A DNA stretch of 64,000 bases from Acidobacteriota bacterium (GTDB taxonomy: Bacteria; Acidobacteriota; UBA6911). This document shows, in pieces, positions 10,507 through 19,597 of this stretch. Positions within the stretch are counted from its first letter, which is position 1; every line of letters begins with the position of its first letter. Made by a program: the position numbers and the translations under genes. Where the stretch lies: NCBI GenBank assembly GCA_963664705.1, contig OY761556.1, positions 256,001 through 320,000 on the forward strand, in the 5' to 3' direction. The notes below the pieces were generated by a model. The model did not search any database and was not told the DNA's origin. It saw only the letters and a program-made list of their open reading frames with translations.

Positions 10507-11496
10507 TTGTTTATCGATAGGGCGAAAATACAGGTCATTGCCGGTGATGGTGGGAATGGGTGTCTTGCCTTCAGACGGGAGAAGTTTGTCCCCAGGGGTG
10601 GACCCAGCGGTGGTGATGGGGGCAAGGGCGGAGATGTTTTTATCGAGTGCTCCGACCGGGTGAACACGCTTCTCCATTTTCAATATAAGCGTATTTTTAA
10701 AGGTCAACGGGGACGGCACGGAGAAGGCGACAAGCGCCACGGCAAAGATGGGATCGATGTTACCATTCTGGTTCCCCCGGGGACTCAGGTGTTCAGTGAG
10801 CCGGATCATGAATTGATTCACGATTTTGCAGTATTGGGCGAACGTTTGCGCATTGCCGCCGGCGGGCGCGGAGGGAGAGGAAACGCCCGGTTTGCGACCT
10901 CGACAAATCAGGCTCCGCGCCACACGGAACCCGGGTATCCGGGAGAGCAGTTTGAACTCTCGCTTAGTTTAAAGCTGATCGCAGATGTGGGGTTGGTCGG
11001 CTTCCCGAATGTGGGAAAATCAACCCTGATTTCGAGGATAAGCTCCGCAAAGCCCAAGATTGCGGATTACCCTTTTACAACCCTGGTTCCCCACCTTGGT
11101 GTCGTGCAGTTGGATGATTTCCGCACGTTTGTAGTTGCGGATATCCCGGGGCTCATTGAGGGGGCGCATGAAGGGCATGGACTGGGCGATCAGTTCCTGA
11201 AGCATGTGGAAAGGACAAAGGTCCTTGTCCATTTGATCGATGTCTCAAATGATACGCGGGATCCGGTTGCCGACTTTAAGGCGATTGTTCGTGAGTTGAC
11301 TCTGTTCAACAAGGACCTGCTCGATAGACGGCAACTGGTTGTAGCTTCAAAGGTGGATGTTTTATCGGAACCGCGGAAGCTGTCCAAGCTGAAGGGGATG
11401 TGTACGCGCCGCAAATTGCCTTTCATTGGTATTTCCGCCGTGACCGGACAGGGAATCAAGGAATTGATCGGGATGTTGGATACGATGCTCCGCTAG
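10507..11496 (+). CDS. obgE: GTPase ObgE/CgtA
   Basis: [36 protein letters not shown]; TTG start. Confidence 0.97.
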   Translation: MFIDRAKIQVIAGDGGNGCLAFRREKFVPRGGPSGGDGGKGGDVFIECSDRVNTLLHFQYKRIFKGQRGRHGEGDKRHGKDGIDVTILVPPGTQVFSEPDHELIHDFAVLGERLRIAAGGRGGRGNARFATSTNQAPRHTEPGYPGEQFELSLSLKLIADVGLVGFPNVGKSTLISRISSAKPKIADYPFTTLVPHLGVVQLDDFRTFVVADIPGLIEGAHEGHGLGDQFLKHVERTKVLVHLIDVSNDTRDPVADFKAIVRELTLFNKDLLDRRQLVVASKVDVLSEPRKLSKLKGMCTRRKLPFIGISAVTGQGIKELIGMLDTMLR

Positions 11497-11507
11497 GACT
11501 TTTGTGT

Positions 11508-12197
11508 ATGAGCAATCTGGCTAATCGAATCGGTATTCTTGGCGGATCCTTTAACCCGATACACATGGGGCATTTGCATATTGCGGCTGCTGTTCAAAAA
11601 CTGTTTTGCCTGTCGCAGGTGCATTTTGTTGTCGCTACCGAACCTCCCCATAAGGCGCCCGGGGATTTGATTCAATTTCCGCACCGGTATGCCATGGTGA
11701 GCCTGGCAACAGCCGGGATGAATAGGTTCAAACCGTCTCTGGCCGAACTGGAACCGGTGGCAAGTCCATATTCGGTGGACACGATGGAAAAGATGTCGCG
11801 CTATGCCCGCCGGGAAAAAGGAACGCTTTATTTTATTGCAGGCGGGGATTCGCTGGCGGAGGTCAGGACGTGGAAGGAAAGCGAGAAACTGCTGAGCTCT
11901 TATAACTTTGTTTTTGCACTGCGGCCGGGAACGGATGCATCCGATCCTGCTGATTTGTTGCCGAAGAAGACGTTAAACCGTGTCCTGGATCTCAGGAATG
12001 TGGGGAGGACAAAGGCTCGCCGCATCATTGATGAGCAGGAGCGTTCGGCAAGGATCTTTATTGTGGATGTGCAGGCTCCAGACATATCGGCAACACAGAT
12101 ACGCCGGCTTGCATCCTCCGGGAAATCTGTGCGGCATCTGGTTCCCGCCCCGGTGAGTGACTATATTCGCAAACTTCGTCTATATGGTGGAAGATGA
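11508..12197 (+). CDS. nadD: Nicotinate-nucleotide adenylyltransferase
   Basis: GILGGSFNPIHMGH, PPHK, ISATQIR; obgE-nadD-rsfS synteny. Confidence 0.93.
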   Translation: MSNLANRIGILGGSFNPIHMGHLHIAAAVQKLFCLSQVHFVVATEPPHKAPGDLIQFPHRYAMVSLATAGMNRFKPSLAELEPVASPYSVDTMEKMSRYARREKGTLYFIAGGDSLAEVRTWKESEKLLSSYNFVFALRPGTDASDPADLLPKKTLNRVLDLRNVGRTKARRIIDEQERSARIFIVDVQAPDISATQIRRLASSGKSVRHLVPAPVSDYIRKLRLYGGR

Positions 12198-12586
12198 CTG
12201 ACGCGTTGAAAATTGCCGTCTCTGCGGCGGATGACAAAAAAGCACATGATATCGTGGCTTTGGATATCTCGGAAATCGCTTCATTTGCCAGCTATTTCCT
12301 GTTATGCACCGGGGACTCCTCGAGGCAAATGCAGGCGATTGCGGATGAGGTGGAAAAACGCCTGAAGGCCATAGGGATCCGGCCGGCTCACATCGAAGGA
12401 TATCAGAATTCCGAATGGATACTGCTGGATTACCTTGATATGGTCATCCATATCTTTTCAAAAACCGCTCGTGTTTATTACGATCTTGAGAGATTGTGGC
12501 GAGATGGGAAAAAGATCGATATCAGCAAACTGATTGAGCCCCCCGAACCCAGGCCGGTAACCAGAAGGGCAAAAAAAATTCTGTAA
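12194..12586 (+). CDS. rsfS: Ribosome silencing factor RsfS
   Basis: DKKAHDI, WILLDY, RVYYDLERLW. Confidence 0.95.
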   Translation: MTDALKIAVSAADDKKAHDIVALDISEIASFASYFLLCTGDSSRQMQAIADEVEKRLKAIGIRPAHIEGYQNSEWILLDYLDMVIHIFSKTARVYYDLERLWRDGKKIDISKLIEPPEPRPVTRRAKKIL

Positions 12587-12763
12587 TGAAAAGCCGGCAC
12601 TAACCCGATCGAAACTGGAAGAATAGAAGCCCCGGACTGTGCGGGCTGTGTTGAATTGGCGGAGTCTTTTCTGTAATATTACCGCCTTGATTTTGGGTGC
12701 TTGAGCAAGCCAGGCGAATAAGAGCACGGGTGCAAGACAGGAAGTGCGGCCCGGATCCCGGAT

Positions 12764-13243
12764 ATGCAAATCAAATTTCTCTGGGTCGGGAAGACTAAAA
12801 ATCCTTCGATGAAATCCCTGGTTGCGGATTACAGCGGGCGGATACGGCACCTTGCTCCTTGCGAGATACTCGAGACCCGCGATCTTGCAAAAAGGCGTTC
12901 ATTGAGCACTGCGGAACTTATCGCAGAGGAGGGAAACGAACTCGCGCGCTTTGTTCCCGATTCCGGGCGTTTGGTAGCGCTGGACGAAGCGGGTCGTCAG
13001 TTTACCTCCGAGGGATTTGCTCAGTGGTTTGAGTCTGAACAGAACTCCGGACACCGCGTCCTGACATTTGTGATAGGCGGTCCGGAGGGTTTGAGCCCAG
13101 TGATTTCGCGTCGAGCCCATCTTATATTGTCGTTGGGCAAAATGACCTGGACTCACGAGATGTGTCGTGTGCTTTTACTCGAGCAGGTGTATCGAGCGTT
13201 GTGCATTATGCGCAACATTCCCTATCACAGGGGCAGCAATTAG
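12764..13243 (+). CDS. rlmH: 23S rRNA pseudouridine(1915)-N3-methyltransferase
   Basis: FVIGGPEG, SLGKMTWTHEM, EQVYRA, PYH. Confidence 0.95.
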   Translation: MQIKFLWVGKTKNPSMKSLVADYSGRIRHLAPCEILETRDLAKRRSLSTAELIAEEGNELARFVPDSGRLVALDEAGRQFTSEGFAQWFESEQNSGHRVLTFVIGGPEGLSPVISRRAHLILSLGKMTWTHEMCRVLLLEQVYRALCIMRNIPYHRGSN

Positions 13244-13282
13244 AAAGTCGATTGCGCCGTTTTAATGGAGTGCGAAGAACCG

Positions 13283-13639
13283 ATGGATGGAAAAAAGCTG
13301 GACTACTACAAAGAGAAGCTGCTTCAAAAACAGCTTTCTTTGGTGCAAATGGTTCAGAGAACCGAAGGCTATAGCCGCGAAAAAGATCAGGATACCCAGG
13401 ATGTCGCGGATATGGCTGTCGAGTCATATACCAAAGAGTTTAATTTTGGCAAGAGTTCAGGAGACAGATTCATCCTTCAGCTCATTCGCGAAGCGCTCGA
13501 CCGCATTGATGATAAATCTTACGGTACTTGTGTAAACTGCGAAAATGTCATTGGCCCCAAGCGATTGGAAGCCGTGCCGTGGACCAGACTCTGCATTGAA
13601 TGCCAGGGACTCCTGGAAAAGGGTTTGTTGGAGGATTAA
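13283..13639 (+). CDS. DksA/TraR C4 zinc-finger protein
   Basis: DVADMA coiled-coil tip, YGTCVNC...RLEAVPWTRLCIEC. Confidence 0.9.
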   Translation: MDGKKLDYYKEKLLQKQLSLVQMVQRTEGYSREKDQDTQDVADMAVESYTKEFNFGKSSGDRFILQLIREALDRIDDKSYGTCVNCENVIGPKRLEAVPWTRLCIECQGLLEKGLLED

Positions 13640-13752
13640 GCCCGGGAGCGTCAGCGCCCGCGAGGACGGATCTTACCCAAAGCCTCCTGGTCGACTTTTG
13701 AGGAAGTTTGTGGCATCTTATTTTGGCTGTCCGATATCGGCCGCTGCCTCCA

Positions 13753-14529
13753 ATGACGACCAAGCCCTTTTTTCCCACTAGCCGGGATTTGCCGACCTCT
13801 CAGGTCCAAACATTGCTCGATGGAATCCTGAATCTTGTATATCCGGAGCGATGCCTTGTCTGTTCCGTGCCCATCGCGCGACGTCAGGATTGTGGCCTGT
13901 GTGACGAGTGCTGGAACAAGGCGGTCGCCCTAAAGATCCATCCACCGCGCTGTTCCTCCTGCGGGATACCCTTTCACAGCTTTCAGGACGATTCCGAACA
14001 CCTTTGCGGCGATTGCATCCTTCAGCCTCCTCCCTATTCCGGCGCCCGATCCTTTGGCTATTACTCGGGCGAACTCAGCGCGCTCATTCATGGTCTCAAG
14101 TTTCATGGCAGAAGGAATCTTGTCGAATTGCTGGCACCGCTTTTGGCAGAGATCTTTTCTGAGAACTGGACACGTGGAGACTTCAATGTCGTGGTGCCGG
14201 TGCCGCTTCACGCCAGACGTCAGCGTGAGAGAGGCTACAACCAGTCACGGTTGCTAGCCCAGGCTCTTTCGCTCCGCATTGCCATCCCATGTTCCGATCG
14301 GCTCCGCCGCATCCGGCATACAGTCCCGCAAGTTGGGTTGACGGACATTCAGCGCAGGGAGAATGTGCGGAAAGCTTTCGAATGCAAGGACTCGGGTGAA
14401 AATCCGGGTGCACGTGTTCTGCTTGTGGATGATGTCATGACAACAGGGGCCACCGTTGCCAGTGCGGCGCAGGCGCTTCTTGACGCCGGCGCTCTCCGCG
14501 TATCCGTGCTTACCCTTGCTCGCGCCTAA
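13753..14529 (+). CDS. comF: ComF-family double zinc ribbon/phosphoribosyltransferase-like protein
   Basis: CxxC pairs, VPVPLH, RGYNQS, LLVDDVMTTGAT; start uncertain (13708-13789). Confidence 0.9.
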   Translation: MTTKPFFPTSRDLPTSQVQTLLDGILNLVYPERCLVCSVPIARRQDCGLCDECWNKAVALKIHPPRCSSCGIPFHSFQDDSEHLCGDCILQPPPYSGARSFGYYSGELSALIHGLKFHGRRNLVELLAPLLAEIFSENWTRGDFNVVVPVPLHARRQRERGYNQSRLLAQALSLRIAIPCSDRLRRIRHTVPQVGLTDIQRRENVRKAFECKDSGENPGARVLLVDDVMTTGATVASAAQALLDAGALRVSVLTLARA

Positions 14530-14563
14530 TCGATGATTGCATGAAATCGAATTAGGCTGTCGT

Positions 14564-14616
14564 GAGGGTTGGCATCAACTTTTTTCAGAAATGCCTCGAA
14601 TATTACTTTTTGGTCC
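14564..14616 (-). pseudogene. Diverged duplicate of the 3' end of the 14922-15341 gene
   Basis: 47/53 nt identical to 14942-14994; reads DQKVIFEAFLKKVDANP vs DQKVKFEAFLKKVAANP. Confidence 0.8.
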
Positions 14617-14879
14617 CTGACCTGACCGAATTGGTAACGCCATTAACCGCGAAGACCGCGAAGGAAAATATTTTTGCAGGTTTTGCGGTTATCGTTCTCG
14701 CCATATCATACGCAGGATTCAATCTTTCATAATTAGGCACCGCTGAATCGACAATATTATGCGCAACTTCCTTCCTACTCATCACACTATCTCATTGCCC
14801 AGCAGCAAAATGAGCCAAAGATCTTTGCGGCCTTTGAGGTCTTCGCGGTTAATGGGGCTACTAATTCGGCCAAGTGAGG
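14616..14879. repeat. Non-coding element with long imperfect terminal inverted repeats (MITE/REP-like)
   Basis: 14624-14664 and 14831-14871 are reverse complements at 35/41 nt, weakly extendable by 8 nt; arms contain 9-nt CCGCGAAGA-type units; AT-rich core. Confidence 0.75.
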
Positions 14880-14921
14880 CTGTAAGTGATTTATTTGATA
14901 GAAGTTAAGCTGGCCCGACCT

Positions 14922-15341
14922 CTATTTGGGGCGGCGGGCAGGAGGGTTGGCGGCAACCTTTTTCAGGAATGCTTCGAATTTTACTTTTTGGTCCGGCCGC
15001 AGAATCTGCTTAATCTGTTCGTTGGTTTCGTTGCGAATCGATTCCCATTGGGGCGTATATTGTTCGTTCAGGACACGATACTGAGGCTTGTATTGTTCGT
15101 TTAGAGCCTGATATTTTTGACGGCTACTCGCAAAAATGGCTTTAAGAGATTCTTTTTGTTGAGCATCGAGCTGAAGCTTATTGGCCATCCGGTCAAGGAT
15201 ATCTCCCGACTTTGGCGGTGTTGCTTGAAAAACCGCCGGTTTTACCTGTCTTGCATAAAGGTAAAGCCCAATCCCGCCGGAGACTGCTCCCAGCAGGAAT
15301 ACCAGAATCCATGACAGTGCCATGCCCAGCTTGGATTTCAT
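14922..15341 (-). CDS. Membrane-anchored periplasmic Spy/CpxP-like helical protein
   Basis: N-terminal TM, LQLDAQQK and ILRPDQKVKF LTxxQ-like motifs; follows an anti-sigma gene. Confidence 0.65.
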   Translation of the reverse strand: MKSKLGMALSWILVFLLGAVSGGIGLYLYARQVKPAVFQATPPKSGDILDRMANKLQLDAQQKESLKAIFASSRQKYQALNEQYKPQYRVLNEQYTPQWESIRNETNEQIKQILRPDQKVKFEAFLKKVAANPPARRPK

Positions 15342-15376
15342 TGCTCCAGCGTCTCACTTTCAACAGCAGTTACTGA

Positions 15377-15868
15377 TTACTTCCGGTCAAGACTGCGATG
15401 GTGACTCGTATCCTGCTCCGCGATCGCGTTCAACACGCTTTCGTCCGTGATATCCCCTCCGGACAGCATCTGATGTGGCTGTTCTTCCGTAATAAAGATC
15501 CTGTCATACGCCTTATATAAATCAGGTTCACTTCCGGTGAACTGTATATAGGCGAAAACAGTGAGGAGCGCGAGTGTAACGCCGGCCAATGCCGGAATTA
15601 CCTGGCGGGCCAGATGCGTAAAAATATTCCAGCCTGCCACCGTCTGGGCTTCTCCCTCGATATTGCTTCTAAGTCTTTGATAGAAGAATGGCGAGGGTTC
15701 AACAGGCGGCAATGTCTGCGCGATTCGCTTCGGCAGGCTTAGTATCCCGTATTCCCGGTTGCAGGACGCACATGAGTCCAGATGCGCATTCAATTCCGCG
15801 CTATCGATTTCGGAGAGTTCCCTGTCGATCTGGCGGAACAGCAATTCCTTTACCGTAGTGCATTTCAT
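15377..15868 (-). CDS. Zinc-finger (zf-HC2/ZAS) anti-sigma factor
   Basis: MKC...AHLDSCASC (HxxxCxxC), single TM. Confidence 0.85.
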   Translation of the reverse strand: MKCTTVKELLFRQIDRELSEIDSAELNAHLDSCASCNREYGILSLPKRIAQTLPPVEPSPFFYQRLRSNIEGEAQTVAGWNIFTHLARQVIPALAGVTLALLTVFAYIQFTGSEPDLYKAYDRIFITEEQPHQMLSGGDITDESVLNAIAEQDTSHHRSLDRK

Positions 15869-15899
15869 TTCTACACCCTCACTTCCAGCTACAAATAAC

Positions 15900-15926
15900 T
15901 ACGTCAGGGGTACGGGGATATTTCGC
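15900..15926 (-). promoter_or_regulatory. Candidate ECF-sigma promoter of the anti-sigma operon
   Basis: Minus strand GCGAAA-N17-CGTA, ~30 nt upstream of the ATG. Confidence 0.35.
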
Positions 15927-16090
15927 ATGTCGTTTAGAACAGATTAAGATTACGAAGACTGGTTTAACACAAGCCCGCCCTGTCGATCAATAGGAACTTG
16001 GCGTCTGCAATCATTTGGCGGACCTTAGTTTAGATGTCTCCGTCCCGCGTTCGACCTGAGCCTGTACCGGCGATATCAAAGAACTCATCG

Positions 16091-17128
16091 TCACAAAATA
16101 AGCATACAATCACCGTAACTGTAAAAACGGTAATCGTTCGCGATAGCTTCCCGGTAACAGTCCAGCAGCAGTTCCCGCCCGGCAAAGGCGGAGCCAAGCA
16201 TGAACAGGGTAGAACGGGGCAGATGAAAATTCGTTAGCAGGCCGTCCAGCATTTGAAATCGGAACCCCGGATAAATGAACAGGTTGCAAAAACCGGAGGA
16301 GGCATGTCCGAGGGCGTCTTCTTCATTGGCCAGGTGTTCAAGGCAGCGGGTTGCGGTGGTTCCAACCGCAACCAGTCGGCGGCCTTCCGCTTTGTAGGTC
16401 CGAATCTGTTTGGCCGTTTCCGCATCTATTTCGAAGTATTCCGATTCCATGGAATGGTCGAGGATATTCTCGCATCTGACCGGCTTGAATGTGCCGTAAC
16501 CGACGTGAAGCAGCACCTGGCATAAGGGAATTCCCCGATCCTGCAGTCGTTGAAAAACCTCAGCAGTGAAGTGGAGGCCTGCGGTTGGCGCTGCGACGGA
16601 ACCGCTATGTCGGGCATATACGGTTTGGTATCGGAGCTTGTCCTGAGAGAGATCCTGCCCTTTGTCCCGGCGGATATAAGGAGGAATCGGCGGTTCTCCC
16701 GTCTGCTCGAATAATTGATGGAGATCCCCCTCATATCCGAACCGCAGCTTCCGGCTTCCAGATTCGGTTGCCTCGATGACTGTAGCCGGGCATCCGCCAA
16801 TCACAAGGCTTCCTCCCACCGGGGCTTTTCTGGCGGGCTTTACCAGGGCCAGCCATTCCTGAGGTCCGGTTTCATGCAGGAGCAGGATCTCGATTTCTTC
16901 CTTTTTTCCCGGTCGGCTTGCTCGCAAGCGGGCAGGGAATACTTTGGTGTTGTTGAGGACCAGGAAGTGTTCGGGACTGAGAAGCTCCGGCAAATCCCGA
17001 AAGACATGATGTTCTCTTCGGCCCGTTTCCCGCCAGACAACCATCATTTTTGATCCATCGCGCTCCGGCGCCGGTGCCTGGGCAATCAGGCGTTCAGGAA
17101 GGTCGAAATCAAAGTCACTAAGATTCAT
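16091..17128 (-). CDS. queA: SAM:tRNA ribosyltransferase-isomerase
   Basis: LSDFDFDLP, PPYI, YQTVYA, SVAAPTAGLHF, TNFHLPRS, YRFYSYGD. Confidence 0.97.
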   Translation of the reverse strand: MNLSDFDFDLPERLIAQAPAPERDGSKMMVVWRETGRREHHVFRDLPELLSPEHFLVLNNTKVFPARLRASRPGKKEEIEILLLHETGPQEWLALVKPARKAPVGGSLVIGGCPATVIEATESGSRKLRFGYEGDLHQLFEQTGEPPIPPYIRRDKGQDLSQDKLRYQTVYARHSGSVAAPTAGLHFTAEVFQRLQDRGIPLCQVLLHVGYGTFKPVRCENILDHSMESEYFEIDAETAKQIRTYKAEGRRLVAVGTTATRCLEHLANEEDALGHASSGFCNLFIYPGFRFQMLDGLLTNFHLPRSTLFMLGSAFAGRELLLDCYREAIANDYRFYSYGDCMLIL

Positions 17129-17141
17129 AGCACCATCGCAC

Positions 17142-17170
17142 AAAAGAAAGAGCCGCACCGCCGGCGGCTC
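17142..17170 (-). terminator. Intrinsic terminator between the yihY-like gene and queA
   Basis: Minus strand GAGCCGC-N7-GCGGCTC then TTTCTTTT. Confidence 0.6.
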
Positions 17171-17212
17171 CTCGAGGTCGTTATTTGCCGGGAAACGAAA
17201 GATCCGGATTTC

Positions 17213-18124
17213 CTATCTTCCCGAAGGGAATCTGCGCAGCTTCTCTCCAATGTACATTCCGGAACTCGGCATGGTCTGTTCCCACATCAGGCCATGCAAC
17301 TGGGCCGAAAAATTTGCCCCAAACAAAAGAATCGTGTTAGAGGTGTACACCCATGCCAGCAAGGCGATCACCGCACCCATTTTTCCGTAAATCCGCTGGT
17401 AGTTGAAAAATGGGACCAGTTTTCCAAAGATATAGCTGCCAATTTCCCAGATCAGAGTCGTGACCAGTCCTCCCGCGAGGGCTTCGGTCCAGTAAACCTT
17501 TCTGTGTGGCATCCATTTGAAAACCAAAGTAAAGACGAGGATGGCGATCAGCAACCCTGCCCCGAGCAGGACAAAATACCAGAACCACCCGATGAAATAG
17601 TTGGTGCGGGCGGATGCCGTCATCGCGGCCGCTCGTGCCCGGACTGCACTGAGAAAGGTCGTTGTTGCCGCGGAACTGAGCAAGCTAAGGCCCACCAGCA
17701 CCATGAACCCGATGCTGCGCAGCCTGCTTTCCCAAAATGTCTTCTGGCTGGAGACGCCCCACGCGCGATTGATGGAGTTTTCAAGGAATGTGAATATCCA
17801 GGATGACGACCAGAGAACGACGATCACGCAGGAGAGAACGACGGTTGTAGATGGAGTGGTAATTTCGCTCAAATTGGATCGAAGGAATTGCCGCGATCCG
17901 GGGAAGAGGGCGATTACGCGCTGAACCACCGTTCCATGCAGGTTCATTCTGCCGAGAAATGCGTCCGCCAGGGCGATCAGGACCAGAATCGTCGGGACAA
18001 GCGCGATCAGGCTGAAATAGGAAATTCCGGCGGCATCCCGCGGTATTTCATGTTTCAGCATAAGCTGTCCTGCAGCTTTCAACGCGCGGCCCACCATATG
18101 CATGAATGACCTCTTCTTCGCCAT
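17213..18124 (-). CDS. YihY/BrkB-family inner membrane protein
   Basis: AAGISYFSLIALVP, INRAWG, YQRIYG.MGAVIALLAWVY, LLFGA. Confidence 0.9.
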   Translation of the reverse strand: MAKKRSFMHMVGRALKAAGQLMLKHEIPRDAAGISYFSLIALVPTILVLIALADAFLGRMNLHGTVVQRVIALFPGSRQFLRSNLSEITTPSTTVVLSCVIVVLWSSSWIFTFLENSINRAWGVSSQKTFWESRLRSIGFMVLVGLSLLSSAATTTFLSAVRARAAAMTASARTNYFIGWFWYFVLLGAGLLIAILVFTLVFKWMPHRKVYWTEALAGGLVTTLIWEIGSYIFGKLVPFFNYQRIYGKMGAVIALLAWVYTSNTILLFGANFSAQLHGLMWEQTMPSSGMYIGEKLRRFPSGR

Positions 18125-18264
18125 GGATTGAGTTTATAGCATTCCATCGGGCCTCTGAAGCTGCTTTTTGTGAGGGTGCGGGCAATTTCCGTTCAGGACA
18201 GTAGAGTTGCAGGCCACTTCAATTGCGGGGGGATATGGTAGAATAATGCCTTTTAGCAGAAGGT

Positions 18265-18990
18265 ATGATGACCAAAGACGGATCTGCGCCCTGGATAGGA
18301 ATGCCGGTTCAGATGGATCCCGGCAGCGAAAAGCAGTATTTGAGTCGGAACTATGCGGACGCCATTTCCGCAGCCGGGGGGGTGCCTATCCTGGTTCCCC
18401 TCCTCTCGGAGCCTGGTGTCCTGAGGCCGCTGGTGGAGCGGTTGGATGGTGTTCTGCTGACCGGCAATGATAGTGATCTGGAACCTTCCATGTATGGATC
18501 CTCCAGACTCGAAGCCTGCGGTCCCAGCCAGCCCCTGCGAGACAAAACCGATTTTTACCTGATGGAGCTGGTCCGGGCACGACGTATTCCACTTTTGGCC
18601 ATCTGCTTTGGCATTCAGTCGCTGAACGCATTTGGGGGCGGGACCCTGGTGCAGGATATTCCGAGCGTCGTCGGGGACTCCATCTGCCATTCCATGCGCG
18701 GAGAAGTCCCGAGTCATCCGATCCGGATCTCTCCCGGGTCGGTTCTGGAACCGCTTGCCGGCGGGTTGGAGGCAACGGTGAACAGCACGCATCACCAGGC
18801 CATCGACAAATTGGCCCCGGGATTAAATGTAATTGCCCGGGCTCCGGATGGTGTGGTTGAATCGGTCTGTGGCACTGATCCGCATCAATGGGTGTTGGGT
18901 GTTCAGTGGCATCCTGAGAAGAGTTTTGGATGGGACGCTTTTTCGCGAAAGTTGTTTGAAATATTCCTGGCCCGTTGCCGGGCAGTGTGA
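18265..18990 (+). CDS. Peptidase C26 / gamma-glutamyl hydrolase (class I glutamine amidotransferase-like)
   Basis: [14 protein letters not shown] nucleophile, [16 protein letters not shown]. Confidence 0.9.
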   Translation: MMTKDGSAPWIGMPVQMDPGSEKQYLSRNYADAISAAGGVPILVPLLSEPGVLRPLVERLDGVLLTGNDSDLEPSMYGSSRLEACGPSQPLRDKTDFYLMELVRARRIPLLAICFGIQSLNAFGGGTLVQDIPSVVGDSICHSMRGEVPSHPIRISPGSVLEPLAGGLEATVNSTHHQAIDKLAPGLNVIARAPDGVVESVCGTDPHQWVLGVQWHPEKSFGWDAFSRKLFEIFLARCRAV

Positions 18991-18997
18991 GGGATTG

Positions 18998-19549
18998 ATG
19001 AAGGAACTCATTCGTAAATTGCTGTTGGATCTCGGCGAAGATCCGGATCGGCAGGGATTGAAGGGCACACCTCGCCGCGTCGAACAGGCGCTGCGGTTCT
19101 TAACGAGCGGCTATACGCAGGATCCTGATGAACTGCTGAATAATGCCTTGTTCGATGTGCAATATGACGAAATGGTTATTGTTTCGAACATCGATTTTTT
19201 CAGCATGTGCGAGCATCACATGCTGCCGTTTTTCGGGAAGTGCCATGTCGGATACCTGCCGGACAGAAAGGTAATCGGTATCAGCAAGATTGCGCGCCTG
19301 GTCGAAATGTACAGCCGACGCCTGCAGGTTCAGGAACGGCTTACTACCCAAATCGCGAAGACCATCGAGGAAAAAATCAAACCGCTGGGTGTCGGCGTGG
19401 TTATCGAAGCGCAGCACATGTGCATGCAGATGCGCGGGGTTGAGAAGCAGAATTCGAAGGCCATTACGAGTTCAATGCTTGGAAATTTCCGCCGGTCCGC
19501 TGAAACCCGGTCCGAGTTCCTTAATCTGATTTTCAAACAGCGCCAGTGA
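18998..19549 (+). CDS. folE: GTP cyclohydrolase I
   Basis: [33 protein letters not shown]. Confidence 0.97.
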   Translation: MKELIRKLLLDLGEDPDRQGLKGTPRRVEQALRFLTSGYTQDPDELLNNALFDVQYDEMVIVSNIDFFSMCEHHMLPFFGKCHVGYLPDRKVIGISKIARLVEMYSRRLQVQERLTTQIAKTIEEKIKPLGVGVVIEAQHMCMQMRGVEKQNSKAITSSMLGNFRRSAETRSEFLNLIFKQRQ

Positions 19550-19557
19550 TGACTTCA

Positions 19558-19597
19558 GATTGCGGACTGCAGATTTGGAAATCTGGAATCCGCAATC
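19558..19597. repeat. Heptamer-based inverted repeat between convergent folE and sppA (probable terminator)
   Basis: GATTGCGGACTGCAGATTT / AAATCTGGAATCCGCAATC pair at 17/19. Confidence 0.65.

Noticed and set aside
14603-14785. 60-aa ORF inside the inverted-repeat element
   Set aside because: Runs through the repeat arm; no motif or clear RBS
14564-14994. Diversity-generating retroelement TR/VR pair
   Set aside because: Mismatches are not confined to adenines, the repeat is only 53 nt, and no reverse transcriptase is in the window
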